This document shows, piece by piece, positions 21,648 to 31,660 of a DNA stretch of 55,092 nt. Location of the stretch: positions 1 through 55,092 of the forward strand of contig JAYPJE010000027.1 of assembly GCA_038128265.1 (NCBI GenBank), in the 5' to 3' direction. The notes under the pieces are model-generated. The model saw only the letters and a program-made list of their open reading frames with translations. It had not been told where the DNA came from and did no database searches. Position 1 is the stretch's first letter, and every line of letters begins with the position of its first letter. Made by a program: the position numbers and the translations under genes. This DNA comes from Gemmatimonadota bacterium. Lineage in GTDB: Bacteria; Latescibacterota; UBA2968; UBA8231.

Positions 21648-24600
21648 ATGAGGGACTACGCCATTCCCATCAGCCTCGTCGGCGCCGTCCTCGTTGTCGT
21701 CGGCGGGCTGGCCTACCTAGTCTCACCGGAAACCGGTTCGACAGGGCTGATCAACGGGGCGCTCGGCGTGCTATTGGTCGTCGGTGCTGGCTTTCTTAAC
21801 GCCGACCTATTTCGCCAATACGGCCGCTGGCTCAATGCATTTTGGGGCGGCATTATGGTCTTTGGCATCGTGGCGATGATTAACTTTCTCAGCAATCGCT
21901 ACGCCGAGCGGCTGGACCTTACGGAAGGACAGCTGCACAGCCTGTCTGACCTGACGATAGAAACGCTGCAAAACCTCGATCGCGACGTCGAGGCGTTGGC
22001 CTTTATGGACGGGGGAGAACACGCCGAACTGGAGCTGCTGCTGGCCGAGTTTAGCAACCGCGGAAGCCGCTTTAGTTACGAGATGATCGATCCCGATCGG
22101 GATCCGGTGCGCACGGAAGAAAATGGGATCCGCCGCTACAACACGCTGCTGCTCAAGAGCGGCGACAAGCAGCAGCAGATTACCGAGTTGGAGGAGCGCG
22201 AAATAACCAATGCGCTGCTCAAGGTAACGCGCGAACGCCAGGATAAAGTCTATCTAAGCGTGGGACACGGCGAACACGACCCCGGCAACGGCGCCGGTGG
22301 ACTGGGCATGCTCAAAGAGCGCCTGCAGGAAATCGATTATGCGGTAGACGACTCGCTCTTTTTGGCGCGCGCCGAGCGCGTGCCGGCCGACTGCGCCGTG
22401 CTGGTCATCGCCGGCCCGCGCACGCCGTTCTTACCCACCGAAGTCGCTGCGCTGCGCGCCTATCTCGAAGAGGGGGGGGCCGTCTTGGCGCTGCTCGACC
22501 CGCTCTACGAGAGCGGCTTGGAAGGCGTATTGACGGAGTGGGGTATTGCGCTGGGCGACGACTTTGTCATCGATACCAGCGGCATCGGCTCGCTGTTCGG
22601 ACTCGATTTTACCACGCCGGTATCCGTCTCTTACGGTGACCACCCGATCACGCGCAAGCACCGCGGCGTGATGACCTTTTACCAACTGGGGCGTTCGGTG
22701 CGCTTTGATGCGGAAGCGGCAGACGGTCCGGTGGAAGGCAGTGCCCTGGCGCTGACCTCTGAGGCGGGCTGGGCCGAGACCGACCTGAGCGTGCTGAGCG
22801 GCGAGGGCGATAGTACCGTTAAACTGGACGAAGGGGTCGATACGCCCGGTCCCGTCTCGCTGGCTGTGGCCGCAGAGCGACGGGGCGGGCGATTGGTCGT
22901 ATTCGGCGATTCCGACTTTGCGACCAACCAGTACTTCGACTATCAGGGCAACGGCGACCTCGCTCTCAACGCGCTGAGCTGGCTGGCCGAGGACGAGAGC
23001 CTCATCTCCATCCGTCCGCGCGAGGCCGGCTACAACCCGATTGCGCTGACCGACAGCCAGGGCGAGTGGATCTTTTGGATTAGCGTTGTGATGTATCCGC
23101 TTGCCATCGCACTGATCGGTCTGCTCGTCGTGTCGCGCAAAGGGCGTTGGAGTCTGCCCGAGCTAGTAGGAGCAGGTCTGGGTGTTGCGCTGTCGCTGGG
23201 CATTGCCGCCCTGCTCAACTTTTTGGGCGACCGCTACAATATACGCCACGATATGACGGCGGATGCGCTCTACACGCTCTCCGACGATAGCAAGCGCCTG
23301 TTGCGCACCGTTGAAGAGCAGGGTCAGTACGTGCAGGTCAAGACCTTTATGAGCGAAATGGATGGTATGCGCTTTCAGGACCTGATGAAGGAGTATCGCC
23401 ATATCTCGGCCCACTTCGATTACGAATTGGTCGATCCGCAGAAAAACGCGCTGCAGGTCAAGCAAAACAACGTTCGCGAGCTCGGCACCTCAATCATCGA
23501 GGTGCGCGGCGACGGCCAGGTGCGCAGCGAGCGCATCGTGCAAATGAGCGAAGAGGCGCTGAGCAACGCCATTCTCAAGGCGCTGCAAGCCCGTGATATG
23601 AAGGCCTATTTCACCACCGGCCACGGCGAAGCCGAACTCGACCAGGTCGATGGCAAGGGCTATTCGCTGCTCAAAGGACGCCTGCGCGAACTCAACTTCG
23701 AAGTGGTAAGCGGGCTTGCGGTACAAGACGGCATACCGGACGACGCCACGCTCGTGGTCGTGCTGGCGCCGAAAGAGCGCTTTGCCGCGGCCGATGTCGA
23801 GATTTTGCAGCGCTATCTCGACGGCGGCGGGCGAGCGCTGTTCCTATTGGATCCGGGCGCGCCGACGGGCCTGGAGGCGCTGCTCGATTCGTACTCGATT
23901 GAATTGGGACAGGATTTCGTAGTCGACCTGAGCGGCTTGGGACAGCTCTTTGGTGCCGACGTGTCGGTGCCGGTAGTGATTAACTACGGTGACCATCCAA
24001 TTTCCGAGCGCCTGTCTTCCGGCACCATGAGCTTTTTTCCGCTCGCGCGCTCAGTGCGACCAGCGGCTCACCGGTTGAAAAACCCGGAGGTGACGGCGCT
24101 GGCACTAACGCATCAGAGCAGCTGGGGCGAGAGCGATCTGTCGCCCGTTACCGGCGAAGGGGGGCAGGTCGAATTCGATCCCGAGATGGATTTGCGCGGC
24201 CCCGTCTCGCTGGCCGTGGCAGTGCGAGCAGATGCCGATACGAGCCTGGCGCGCGATGGCCAGGTGCGCATCGTGGTTTTTGGCGACGCCGACTTTGCTT
24301 CCAACGAGTACTTTTCGCAGCAGGCCAACGGCGATCTCGTCGCCAATAGCGTCGAGTGGCTCACAGAGGGAGACGACCGGCTGGACATTGCCGACCGGCG
24401 TCCGGCCCATAATCCGATCAACCTGATTGGCAACCAGGGCTCCGTCGTCTTGTGGGTCTCCGTCTTTGTGCTGCCCTTTGCCGTTGCGCTGTCCGGCCTG
24501 GTCATGGTGCTCAGACGCGGTTACCAAAACTACGCGGACGGCTTTGTCGGCTGGCTGCTCTATTCGTTTGCCGCCAACGCGGTGTTCTTGCTGATTTCCG

Positions 24601-24872
24601 CCGTCGTGGCGCTCAGTGAAGCCAAGGGCTTTGAAGGACAGGTGAATCTCCTATTCGGACTGTTTTGCGCAGCCATTGGTTTTGGTTTATACCGGCGCGC
24701 CGCGCAGGTGTGGCTGCCCGCGCTGGTCGGCGCGCTGCTCAGTGCGCTGGGTGGCTTCTGGATCATACCCAACGATACCATTCAACTGCTCTACGCCGCC
24801 GCCTTTATAACCAATGCGGCCATATTGGTGTGGATCCGCCGCGTATTTGAAGTCCGGGGAGAAAGCGCATGA
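21648..24872 (+). CDS. GldG-family ABC auxiliary protein with two tandem GldG modules and extra TM segments
   Basis: Two copies of DxT...SLS/TLS, GHGE, DFV.D.SG.G.LFG, RxVVFGDxDFA followed by a TM helix. Confidence 0.88.
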   Translation: MRDYAIPISLVGAVLVVVGGLAYLVSPETGSTGLINGALGVLLVVGAGFLNADLFRQYGRWLNAFWGGIMVFGIVAMINFLSNRYAERLDLTEGQLHSLSDLTIETLQNLDRDVEALAFMDGGEHAELELLLAEFSNRGSRFSYEMIDPDRDPVRTEENGIRRYNTLLLKSGDKQQQITELEEREITNALLKVTRERQDKVYLSVGHGEHDPGNGAGGLGMLKERLQEIDYAVDDSLFLARAERVPADCAVLVIAGPRTPFLPTEVAALRAYLEEGGAVLALLDPLYESGLEGVLTEWGIALGDDFVIDTSGIGSLFGLDFTTPVSVSYGDHPITRKHRGVMTFYQLGRSVRFDAEAADGPVEGSALALTSEAGWAETDLSVLSGEGDSTVKLDEGVDTPGPVSLAVAAERRGGRLVVFGDSDFATNQYFDYQGNGDLALNALSWLAEDESLISIRPREAGYNPIALTDSQGEWIFWISVVMYPLAIALIGLLVVSRKGRWSLPELVGAGLGVALSLGIAALLNFLGDRYNIRHDMTADALYTLSDDSKRLLRTVEEQGQYVQVKTFMSEMDGMRFQDLMKEYRHISAHFDYELVDPQKNALQVKQNNVRELGTSIIEVRGDGQVRSERIVQMSEEALSNAILKALQARDMKAYFTTGHGEAELDQVDGKGYSLLKGRLRELNFEVVSGLAVQDGIPDDATLVVVLAPKERFAAADVEILQRYLDGGGRALFLLDPGAPTGLEALLDSYSIELGQDFVVDLSGLGQLFGADVSVPVVINYGDHPISERLSSGTMSFFPLARSVRPAAHRLKNPEVTALALTHQSSWGESDLSPVTGEGGQVEFDPEMDLRGPVSLAVAVRADADTSLARDGQVRIVVFGDADFASNEYFSQQANGDLVANSVEWLTEGDDRLDIADRRPAHNPINLIGNQGSVVLWVSVFVLPFAVALSGLVMVLRRGYQNYADGFVGWLLYSFAANAVFLLISAVVALSEAKGFEGQVNLLFGLFCAAIGFGLYRRAAQVWLPALVGALLSALGGFWIIPNDTIQLLYAAAFITNAAILVWIRRVFEVRGESA

Positions 24873-26242
24873 AGTTTAAGACCAACCTCGTTATCGGGGC
24901 CGTTTTTGCGCTCCTGCTGGCCTTTGTCTATTTCCACGAAATAAAGGGCGGCGAAGAGCGGCGCCAGGAAGCCGAGCGCTCAAAGCAGCTGCTCGACTTT
25001 AAGGAGTCGGAGGTGAAACGGCTGGTGCTCGTGCGGCCCGACGGCGAAATAGAGATCGAGCGCGGCGGGACGGGTTGGCGCCTGCTAATCCCGGTAGACG
25101 ACGGAGCCGACGGCGAGGCCGTGGAGCGCTACTTGCGCAACATCGCCGAGTCGGAGCGCGAAAAAGTCGTCGTCGACAGCGCCGATGCGGAATCGGGCGA
25201 GGCTGCCCAGCGCTACGGGCTGGACAATCCGCGCCTCAAGGTGCTGCTGGAGACCGAAAGCGGCCTGCTCGATACGCTGTTTTTGGGTGCCGATGTGCCG
25301 ACCGACCGCTTCACCTATGTGCAGAAGAGCGGCGCCAACCGAGAGATTTTCGTCGTGCGCGCCTGGCGCTACGACAATCTCGACAAGGGCGTTTTTGACC
25401 TGCGCGATCGCCGCGTGCTGGCCCTTTCCAAGGGCGACGTTGAAGCGGCTCAGCGCAGCGGCTATGCGCCTCTGGCGCTGCGCAAAGAAGGTGCACAGTG
25501 GGCGCTGCAGGCGCCGGTTTCTGCCCGTGCTGCCAACGACGCAGTCGATGGGCTGCTGGGCAAGGTCGAGTCGAGCGAAGTCGAGTCGTTCGTAGACGAA
25601 GCGCCCGACGCCGAGGCGCTCGCCGACTACGGGCTGTCCGATGGGGCTTCCCTGCAGTGGTCGCTGCTGGTGGGCCCAGACCGGGCCGAAAAGCGCCTGT
25701 CCATTGGGCGCGCCGACGGAGAGGGGCGCTACTTTGCGCGCGACGCGAGTCGTCCACAGGTATTTCTCGTCGACTCAACGCTGGTGCAAAAACTGCTCAT
25801 AGAAGTCGATGGACTGCGCGACAAGCGGCCGCTGCAGTTAGACCGCGATGCGATCAATCGCATTGAGCTGCAGCGCAACGGGCAGCCGGTCTTTGCCGCA
25901 GAAAGAGATACTTCGGGCACGTGGCGCCTTGGCGAGCCAGCGTCTGAAGAGACCAAGTCGTGGAAGCTCAACGCGCTGCTAACCGACCTGCAAAACGTCG
26001 AAGCCGTCGATTTTGCAGTGGCTCAGGGGGGGGGGCCGCACCTGAGCGTGCGCCTGCTGGCCGACGGAACGCCGGTGCACGTCGTGCGCTTTTACCTGCG
26101 CGACGGCGAGGTCTTCCTCGAGCAGGACGGCGATGACAATGCCTATCGCATCGACGGCGATGCGTTCGCCGATTTCGACCTCGACCTCGACGACGTGCGC
26201 CAGGCGCCGGCGCCGGCCGATACTACCGGCGCCGATAGATAG
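24869..26242 (+). CDS. DUF4340 domain membrane-anchored protein
   Basis: N-terminal TM; repeats ending DLRDRRVL and GLRDKRPL, YGLDNP; usual position after gldG-like genes. Confidence 0.85.
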   Translation: MKFKTNLVIGAVFALLLAFVYFHEIKGGEERRQEAERSKQLLDFKESEVKRLVLVRPDGEIEIERGGTGWRLLIPVDDGADGEAVERYLRNIAESEREKVVVDSADAESGEAAQRYGLDNPRLKVLLETESGLLDTLFLGADVPTDRFTYVQKSGANREIFVVRAWRYDNLDKGVFDLRDRRVLALSKGDVEAAQRSGYAPLALRKEGAQWALQAPVSARAANDAVDGLLGKVESSEVESFVDEAPDAEALADYGLSDGASLQWSLLVGPDRAEKRLSIGRADGEGRYFARDASRPQVFLVDSTLVQKLLIEVDGLRDKRPLQLDRDAINRIELQRNGQPVFAAERDTSGTWRLGEPASEETKSWKLNALLTDLQNVEAVDFAVAQGGGPHLSVRLLADGTPVHVVRFYLRDGEVFLEQDGDDNAYRIDGDAFADFDLDLDDVRQAPAPADTTGADR

Positions 26243-26245
26243 CCT

Positions 26246-27199
26246 ATGTGGGCGGCTCTATCCCTGAGTCTGCTAGTGCTGGGCAGCGTCGGTGCCTGGG
26301 CCGATGCTGAGGTGTATTGGCGCGCCGATACGACGCGCGTAAGTTTGGGGCAGCCGGTGCGCCTGGAGCTTGCAATGGTCTATTCATCCGACCTGAGGCC
26401 GGATGAGCCCGATGTATCCGCGCTGTTGGCGCCTGCGTCTTACCGCCCCGAGCCGCGCGTCGGTCCGCAAACCGAAGGCGGTGTGGTGCACCTCTCTCTG
26501 CTGGGTCAGGTGCGCTACTTCGAATTGGGCGCTCACACTGTTCCCGCGCTAAGCGTAGCCTTTGTAAAAGCCGGCGGCGATACCGTGCTGGCTAGCGCTC
26601 GTTCCCTCGACATAGAAGTGGTTAGCGTGTTAGAGGAAGGCGACGATCAGCTGCGCGATATAAAGCCGCCGGTCGTGCTGGCAGGCGGCATACCGCTGTG
26701 GGTGGTGGTGGTGGCGGGGATGGTCGCGCTGGCCCTGGTCGGTGTGCTCATCTGGTATTGGGTGCGGCGCTACCGGCGCACAGGCGAATCGGCCGAGGCA
26801 GAGTTAGAACCCATCGACTATGCCGCAGAGTTTGAGCGCATTGCCTCTTTAGGCCTGCTGGAACGCGGAGAATACAAGACCTACTACTCGCTGTTGGCCG
26901 ACAATCTGCGGCGCTATATGGAAGGTGCGCTGGTAGCCGAAGCAATGGAAAAAACAACGACGGAGATCGAAGCGGCGCTGCGCCAACAGGCACTTGCCAA
27001 CGACCTCATCCGCCGCGTTGCGGGCTATTTATCAACGGCGGATCTGGTCAAGTTCGCGCGTTTTCATCCCGAACTCGACAGCGCGCGTCGCATGCCGGAA
27101 ACAGGTATGGCTATTCTGCGCGAATTGGAGGACCTACACAAGCTGCGATCGGCCGAGAGCGAGTCGAGCGAAGAGGAGCATGCACAACCTGCGCTTTGA
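26246..27199 (+). CDS. Bat-operon membrane protein (BatD-like Ig domain, TM, cytoplasmic helical domain)
   Basis: Signal peptide, LRDIKPP before the TM helix, AMEKTTTEI and ADLVKFAR motifs typical of the gene preceding batA. Confidence 0.8.
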   Translation: MWAALSLSLLVLGSVGAWADAEVYWRADTTRVSLGQPVRLELAMVYSSDLRPDEPDVSALLAPASYRPEPRVGPQTEGGVVHLSLLGQVRYFELGAHTVPALSVAFVKAGGDTVLASARSLDIEVVSVLEEGDDQLRDIKPPVVLAGGIPLWVVVVAGMVALALVGVLIWYWVRRYRRTGESAEAELEPIDYAAEFERIASLGLLERGEYKTYYSLLADNLRRYMEGALVAEAMEKTTTEIEAALRQQALANDLIRRVAGYLSTADLVKFARFHPELDSARRMPETGMAILRELEDLHKLRSAESESSEEEHAQPAL

Positions 27200-28184
27200 A
27201 AATCCCGAGTGGTTGCTGCTGCTCCTGCTGCTGCCGCTGTTGGCGTACTTCTACATCATTCGGGGACGCCAGCGGCAGGGCAGCGTGCAGTATTCGGACC
27301 TGGCCAGCCTGCGCAGCGCGGGGACGAGCATATGGACGCGCCTGCGGCATCTGCTCATCGCGTTTAAACTGCTCGGTTTAGCTCTACTCGTAATGGCCAT
27401 GGCGCGTCCGCAGGCCGGTCGCGAAAAACGCGAACTGTCTGCCGAAGGCATTGATATCATGCTGACGCTCGACGTATCGTCCAGCATGGAACTGAACGAT
27501 TTGGATAACGGAGAGCGCAGCCGGCTCGAGGTGGCCAAGGAAGTAGTCGCCGACTTTGTCGCCGGGCGCAACAGCGATCGCATCGGCATGGTCGTCTTTG
27601 CCGGTGAGAGCTTTACGCAGTGCCCGCTGACGCTTGATTACGACGTGTTACATTCTTTTATGCGAGGCATTCAGATTGCCGACCAGAGCTGGGATGGGAC
27701 GGCCATCGGCATGGCTCTGATTAACGCGACCAACCGCCTGCGCGCGTCGGAAGGTCGTAGCCAGGTCATCATACTGCTGACGGACGGCGTCAATAACGCC
27801 GGTGAGATCGAGCCGCTCACGGCGGCCGATGTGGCCCAGGCGGTTGGCATTCGCGTCTACACCATCGGCGTAGGTAGCGACGGGTCAATCCGCCGTCCGG
27901 TGCAGGGCATTTTCGGCACGCGCTATCAGACCGTACAGGTAGAAATAGACGAGGAGACGCTGCGCGAAGTAGCGCAGCGCACGGGCGGGCAGTACTATCG
28001 AGCGACGAGCGAGGAAAAGCTCGAGGAGATCTACCGAGAGATCGGCGAATTGGAAGCTACCGAGATTACGTCCGAAGTGCACGTAGAATACTCGGAGCGC
28101 TACGTCTATTTTCTGTGGACTGGCTTGGCCCTGCTCCTCGCTGAAATGGCCCTCGCCAACACGCGTTTTCGACGCTTGCCCTGA
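27180..28184 (+). CDS. batA: VWA domain membrane protein BatA
   Basis: RFENPEWL, AMARPQ, MIDAS DVSSSM, DRIGMVVFAG, LLTDGVNNAG. Start placed at ATG 27180 behind GAGGAG. Confidence 0.9.
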   Translation: MHNLRFENPEWLLLLLLLPLLAYFYIIRGRQRQGSVQYSDLASLRSAGTSIWTRLRHLLIAFKLLGLALLVMAMARPQAGREKRELSAEGIDIMLTLDVSSSMELNDLDNGERSRLEVAKEVVADFVAGRNSDRIGMVVFAGESFTQCPLTLDYDVLHSFMRGIQIADQSWDGTAIGMALINATNRLRASEGRSQVIILLTDGVNNAGEIEPLTAADVAQAVGIRVYTIGVGSDGSIRRPVQGIFGTRYQTVQVEIDEETLREVAQRTGGQYYRATSEEKLEEIYREIGELEATEITSEVHVEYSERYVYFLWTGLALLLAEMALANTRFRRLP

Positions 28185-28194
28185 GGAGAGACCG

Positions 28195-29220
28195 ATGCGC
28201 TTTTCCACGCCCGATGCGTTTTGGTTTTTGCTGTTGGTGCCGGTGCTCTGCGCGTTCTTTGCCTGGGCGACGCTGGCGCGCCGCCGCGCGCTGCTGCGCT
28301 TTGTGGGCGGTCCGCTCGCCGAAAAGTTGACGCGGGATCTGAGTCGTCGCCGCCAGCACGGCAAATACGTCCTACTGGCGTTTGGCGTGCTCTTTGCGCT
28401 ACTGGCGCTGTCCGGGCCCCAATTTGGCGCGAAGCTTGAAATGGCGCAGCGCAAAGGCGTCGACGTCATGCTGGTGCTCGACGTATCGCGCAGTATGCTA
28501 GCCGAGGATCTCAAACCCAGTCGGCTCGCGCGGGCGAAACAGCAAATACGCGAACTCATGGACCAACTCCAGGGCGATCGAGTTGGGCTAGTGGTCTTTG
28601 CTGGTGAGGCCTTTGTCCAGTGCCCGCTCACGCTGGACTACGGCTCTGTGGATATGTTTCTCGACATTCTCGATGCCGGCATGATTCCCGTGCAAGGGAC
28701 GGCTATTGGCGATGCCCTGCGCTTGGCGACGCGCTGTTTTGATGAAGAAGACGAGCAGCACAAGGTCGTGGTTCTTTTTACGGACGGAGAAGACCATATC
28801 AGCCAACCGCTGTCGGCTGCGGAAACAGCCGCCGAACAGGGCGTGCACGTCTTCGCCGTGGGGCTGGGAACGCCCGACGGCGAACTCATACCCGAAGGCC
28901 AAGAGGGCGGAGGCACGAGCTACCACAAGGACGAGCGCGGCAACTACGTAAAGACGCGTCTCGACGAGGAGGCGCTGAGAGAGATAGCCCTGGCGACGGA
29001 TGGCGATTATTTTCGCTCTACGCTAGGGGGGAAAGAGCTCGTTGCCATTGGCGAGCACATTGCGCAAATGGATCAAAAGGAATTTTCGTCTACGCGCTTC
29101 ACTCAATACGAAGAGCGCTTTCAAATACCGCTGCTGCTGGCGCTATGCTGTTTTTTCTTAGAGGCTTTCCTCGGAGAAAAGCGCGTGCGCGGCGGGGAAT
29201 GGAAGGGGCGTTTCGAATGA
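28195..29220 (+). CDS. batB: VWA domain membrane protein BatB
   Basis: LDVSRSMLAEDLKPSRL, GDRVGLVVFAG, FTDGEDH, YEERFQ. Confidence 0.9.
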   Translation: MRFSTPDAFWFLLLVPVLCAFFAWATLARRRALLRFVGGPLAEKLTRDLSRRRQHGKYVLLAFGVLFALLALSGPQFGAKLEMAQRKGVDVMLVLDVSRSMLAEDLKPSRLARAKQQIRELMDQLQGDRVGLVVFAGEAFVQCPLTLDYGSVDMFLDILDAGMIPVQGTAIGDALRLATRCFDEEDEQHKVVVLFTDGEDHISQPLSAAETAAEQGVHVFAVGLGTPDGELIPEGQEGGGTSYHKDERGNYVKTRLDEEALREIALATDGDYFRSTLGGKELVAIGEHIAQMDQKEFSSTRFTQYEERFQIPLLLALCCFFLEAFLGEKRVRGGEWKGRFE

Positions 29221-29858
29221 ATTATCCAACGCGCTATATCGGACTGTTCGCGGCGTGGTTGGCCCTGACGGCAGCGACTATCGGCGACCCGGCCGCCAGC
29301 AAGAGCGCCCAGGCGCTGGAGCACTACGAACGCGGTGAATTTCCCCAGGCTTTGCAGCTGTACCGCGATGCCCAGTTAGAGCGGCCCGATGCGCCAGAGC
29401 TCAACTTTAACGTCGGTAGCGCGCTGTTTAAAAGCGGGGACTACGAGTCTGCCCTGCGCGAGTTTTCCCAGGCGGCCCGAGACGCAAGGGATCCGCTAAA
29501 GGCCAATTCTCATTACAATATGGGCAATGTACTCTACCAGCAGCAGCAGTACCAGCAGGCTGTAGAGGCCTATCGCCAGGCGCTGGAAATCGATTCCGAT
29601 GACGTGGATGCCAAGGCCAATTTGGAGCTGGCGTTAAAGCAGTTAGAGCAGCAGCAGCAGGACCAGCAGCAGGATCAGCAGCAGGACCAGCAGGATCAGC
29701 AGCAGGATCAGCAGGATCAACAGGATCAGCAGCATGACCAGCAGGGAATTAGCCAAGCCGAGGCCGAACAGCTGCTCGATGCGCTTAAAGAGCGCGAGAT
29801 GGATGCGCAGAAACGCCGCTACCGGGCAACCGGACAGAGTCGCGGCAAGGATTGGTAA
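29217..29858 (+). CDS. batC: TPR protein with Gln-rich linker, BatC
   Basis: ATGA overlap with batB; TPRs (YNMGN, DAKANLELA), Q/D tract, AEQLLDAL, C-terminal KDW. Confidence 0.88.
   Translation: MNYPTRYIGLFAAWLALTAATIGDPAASKSAQALEHYERGEFPQALQLYRDAQLERPDAPELNFNVGSALFKSGDYESALREFSQAARDARDPLKANSHYNMGNVLYQQQQYQQAVEAYRQALEIDSDDVDAKANLELALKQLEQQQQDQQQDQQQDQQDQQQDQQDQQDQQHDQQGISQAEAEQLLDALKEREMDAQKRRYRATGQSRGKDW
29649..29744 (+). repeat. Coding low-complexity repeat (CAG)n-GAY encoding 32 Gln/Asp-rich residues
   Basis: Read directly: units of 2-4 Gln codons (mostly CAG; one CAA, one His codon) followed by GAC or GAT. Confidence 0.95.
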
Positions 29859-29860
29859 CG

Positions 29861-31660
29861 ATGTCGATGTTTGCCGCGACTCTGCTGCTGCTACTCGTCG
29901 TTCCGCTGGGCGCTCAGGAAATTGAGTTTACCGCCAGCGTAGATCGGAATCGAATCGGGCTGTCGGAACCGCTACAGCTAACGCTGCGGATTGTATCCGA
30001 TGAAAACCTTCAGCACGTGCCGGCCCCAACGCTAGCGCTCAATGGGTTCCACGTCGAAGGACCCAGCGTTAGCTCGCGCATTGAAATGGTCAATTTTAGC
30101 ACCAGCTTTACGCGCGAGTTGACCTATCGCCTCTTTGCTAAGCGCCAGGGGAAAATGCGCATTGGGGCAGCTAGTCTCACGATAGCGGGCAAGACCTACC
30201 AGACGCAGCCCATCAGCATAGAAGTGCTGCGCACCGCGCCGCGCAGCGGACGCAGCGCGGCTGGCAGGTCTGGAGACGAGTTTAACCTAGACGATCATCT
30301 CTTCGTACAGGCGCGCAGCGATCGTCAGCGCGCCTATGTCGGCCAGCAGGTCACGCTTGATTTTGATCTGTTCTATCGCTTTCAGCTACACAACGTGGGC
30401 TTCAAAGAAATACCGACTTTTGCCGGCTTCTGGATCAAAGAGCTCTTTGTGGCTCAGCAGCTGCAGGCGCATCGCGAAGTGGTCAACGGCGTCACCTTTA
30501 ACGTCGCTCCGCTGCGTCGCATGGCGCTCTTTCCCACCAGCGCCGGCAAACAGGTTGTCGAGCGCATGGCCGTGTCCTGCGAAATTCCCGCCGGGCGCTC
30601 GCAGCGCCGCAGTCTACTCGACGATTTCTTCGCATCCGATCCCTTTTTTGGACGAACGCAGAGCGCGCTTTTGCAGAGCGAGGAGGTGGAGATTGAGGTG
30701 CTGCCTCTGCCCGAGGATGGGCGCCCCAGCGAATTTACGGGCGCCGTTGGCCGCTTTGCGCTATCGGCCGATGCCCAGCCGACGCACGTGCAGGCCGGGG
30801 ATCCCGTCACGCTGCGCGTCGAAATATCGGGCGTTGGCAATATGGCTGCCGTGCAGGTGCCCACTATCCAAATATCCGAAGGCATAAAGCTATACGAGCC
30901 CACGGTGGAGGAAGAGGAGCAAATCGCCAACGGCAACTACGGCGGTCGGCGCACGTTTGAGTACATACTTATTCCCGAGACGGGTGGGGTGATGGAAATT
31001 CCGTCCGTTCGCTTTGCCTATTTTGACCCGTCGGCCGAGCGCTATATCACCCTGCAGTCGGCCCCGATCTATATTCGCAGCGACGGCGAGGGGGCGCAGG
31101 CCGATGGAGAGAGCTACGGACTGAGCCGCAAAGATATCGAAGCAGTGGGTAGCGATATACGCCATATCAAGCCGGATGCCGGCGAGCTAGGCCATGGCAG
31201 CACGCTCTATGCCAGCGGGCTCTTCTGGGCACTGCAGGCCGGTCTGCCCCTCGCCTTTCTCGGATTGGTCTTTTTTCAGCGCCACCGGGAGCGCCTGCGC
31301 GGCGACGTGGCCTATGCGCGGCGGCGGCGCGCGCGCGGCGAAGCATCAAAGCGCCTGGAGCGGGCCGATGCGCTGCTGGAAGGGGGCGATTCTGGCGCCT
31401 TCTACGGAGAGCTTCAGCGCGCTGTGCTGGCTTTTTTAGCCGACCGGCTCAATATAGCCGCTGCCGGTCTGACGGCCGATACCTGCGAAGGGGCGCTGCA
31501 GGCGCGTGGAATCGACGAGGATACCATCGATGGGCTGCGCACCTGGCTGGCCCGCTGCGACTATGCCCGCTTTGCCCAGGGCGTAGGCGGTCGCGCCGAT
31601 ATGGATGATGCGCGCGCGGAAGCGGAGCGCCTCATCACTGTGCTGGAAAAGAGCCTATGA
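29861..31660 (+). CDS. batD: BatD family protein
   Basis: Signal peptide, FTASVDRN, three Ig-like repeats, VLPLP..GRP..FTGAVGRF, single TM, C-terminal CDYARFA. Confidence 0.9.
   Translation: MSMFAATLLLLLVVPLGAQEIEFTASVDRNRIGLSEPLQLTLRIVSDENLQHVPAPTLALNGFHVEGPSVSSRIEMVNFSTSFTRELTYRLFAKRQGKMRIGAASLTIAGKTYQTQPISIEVLRTAPRSGRSAAGRSGDEFNLDDHLFVQARSDRQRAYVGQQVTLDFDLFYRFQLHNVGFKEIPTFAGFWIKELFVAQQLQAHREVVNGVTFNVAPLRRMALFPTSAGKQVVERMAVSCEIPAGRSQRRSLLDDFFASDPFFGRTQSALLQSEEVEIEVLPLPEDGRPSEFTGAVGRFALSADAQPTHVQAGDPVTLRVEISGVGNMAAVQVPTIQISEGIKLYEPTVEEEEQIANGNYGGRRTFEYILIPETGGVMEIPSVRFAYFDPSAERYITLQSAPIYIRSDGEGAQADGESYGLSRKDIEAVGSDIRHIKPDAGELGHGSTLYASGLFWALQAGLPLAFLGLVFFQRHRERLRGDVAYARRRRARGEASKRLERADALLEGGDSGAFYGELQRAVLAFLADRLNIAAAGLTADTCEGALQARGIDEDTIDGLRTWLARCDYARFAQGVGGRADMDDARAEAERLITVLEKSL

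Noticed and set aside
19932..24872. Evidence for Bacteroidota-type gliding motility
   Set aside because: GldAFG-like modules are widespread in non-gliding bacteria, and no gldJKLMN or spr genes are in the window.
26994..27179. N-terminal extensions in the ORF track (batA here; also batC, the oxidoreductase, the 41976 kinase ORF, polX, ftrB, cysQ)
   Set aside because: They run through neighbouring genes or regulatory DNA; downstream starts fit SD sites or coupling and the family N-termini.
29649..29744. CRISPR array
   Set aside because: It is an in-frame coding microsatellite with no unique spacers, and no cas genes are present.
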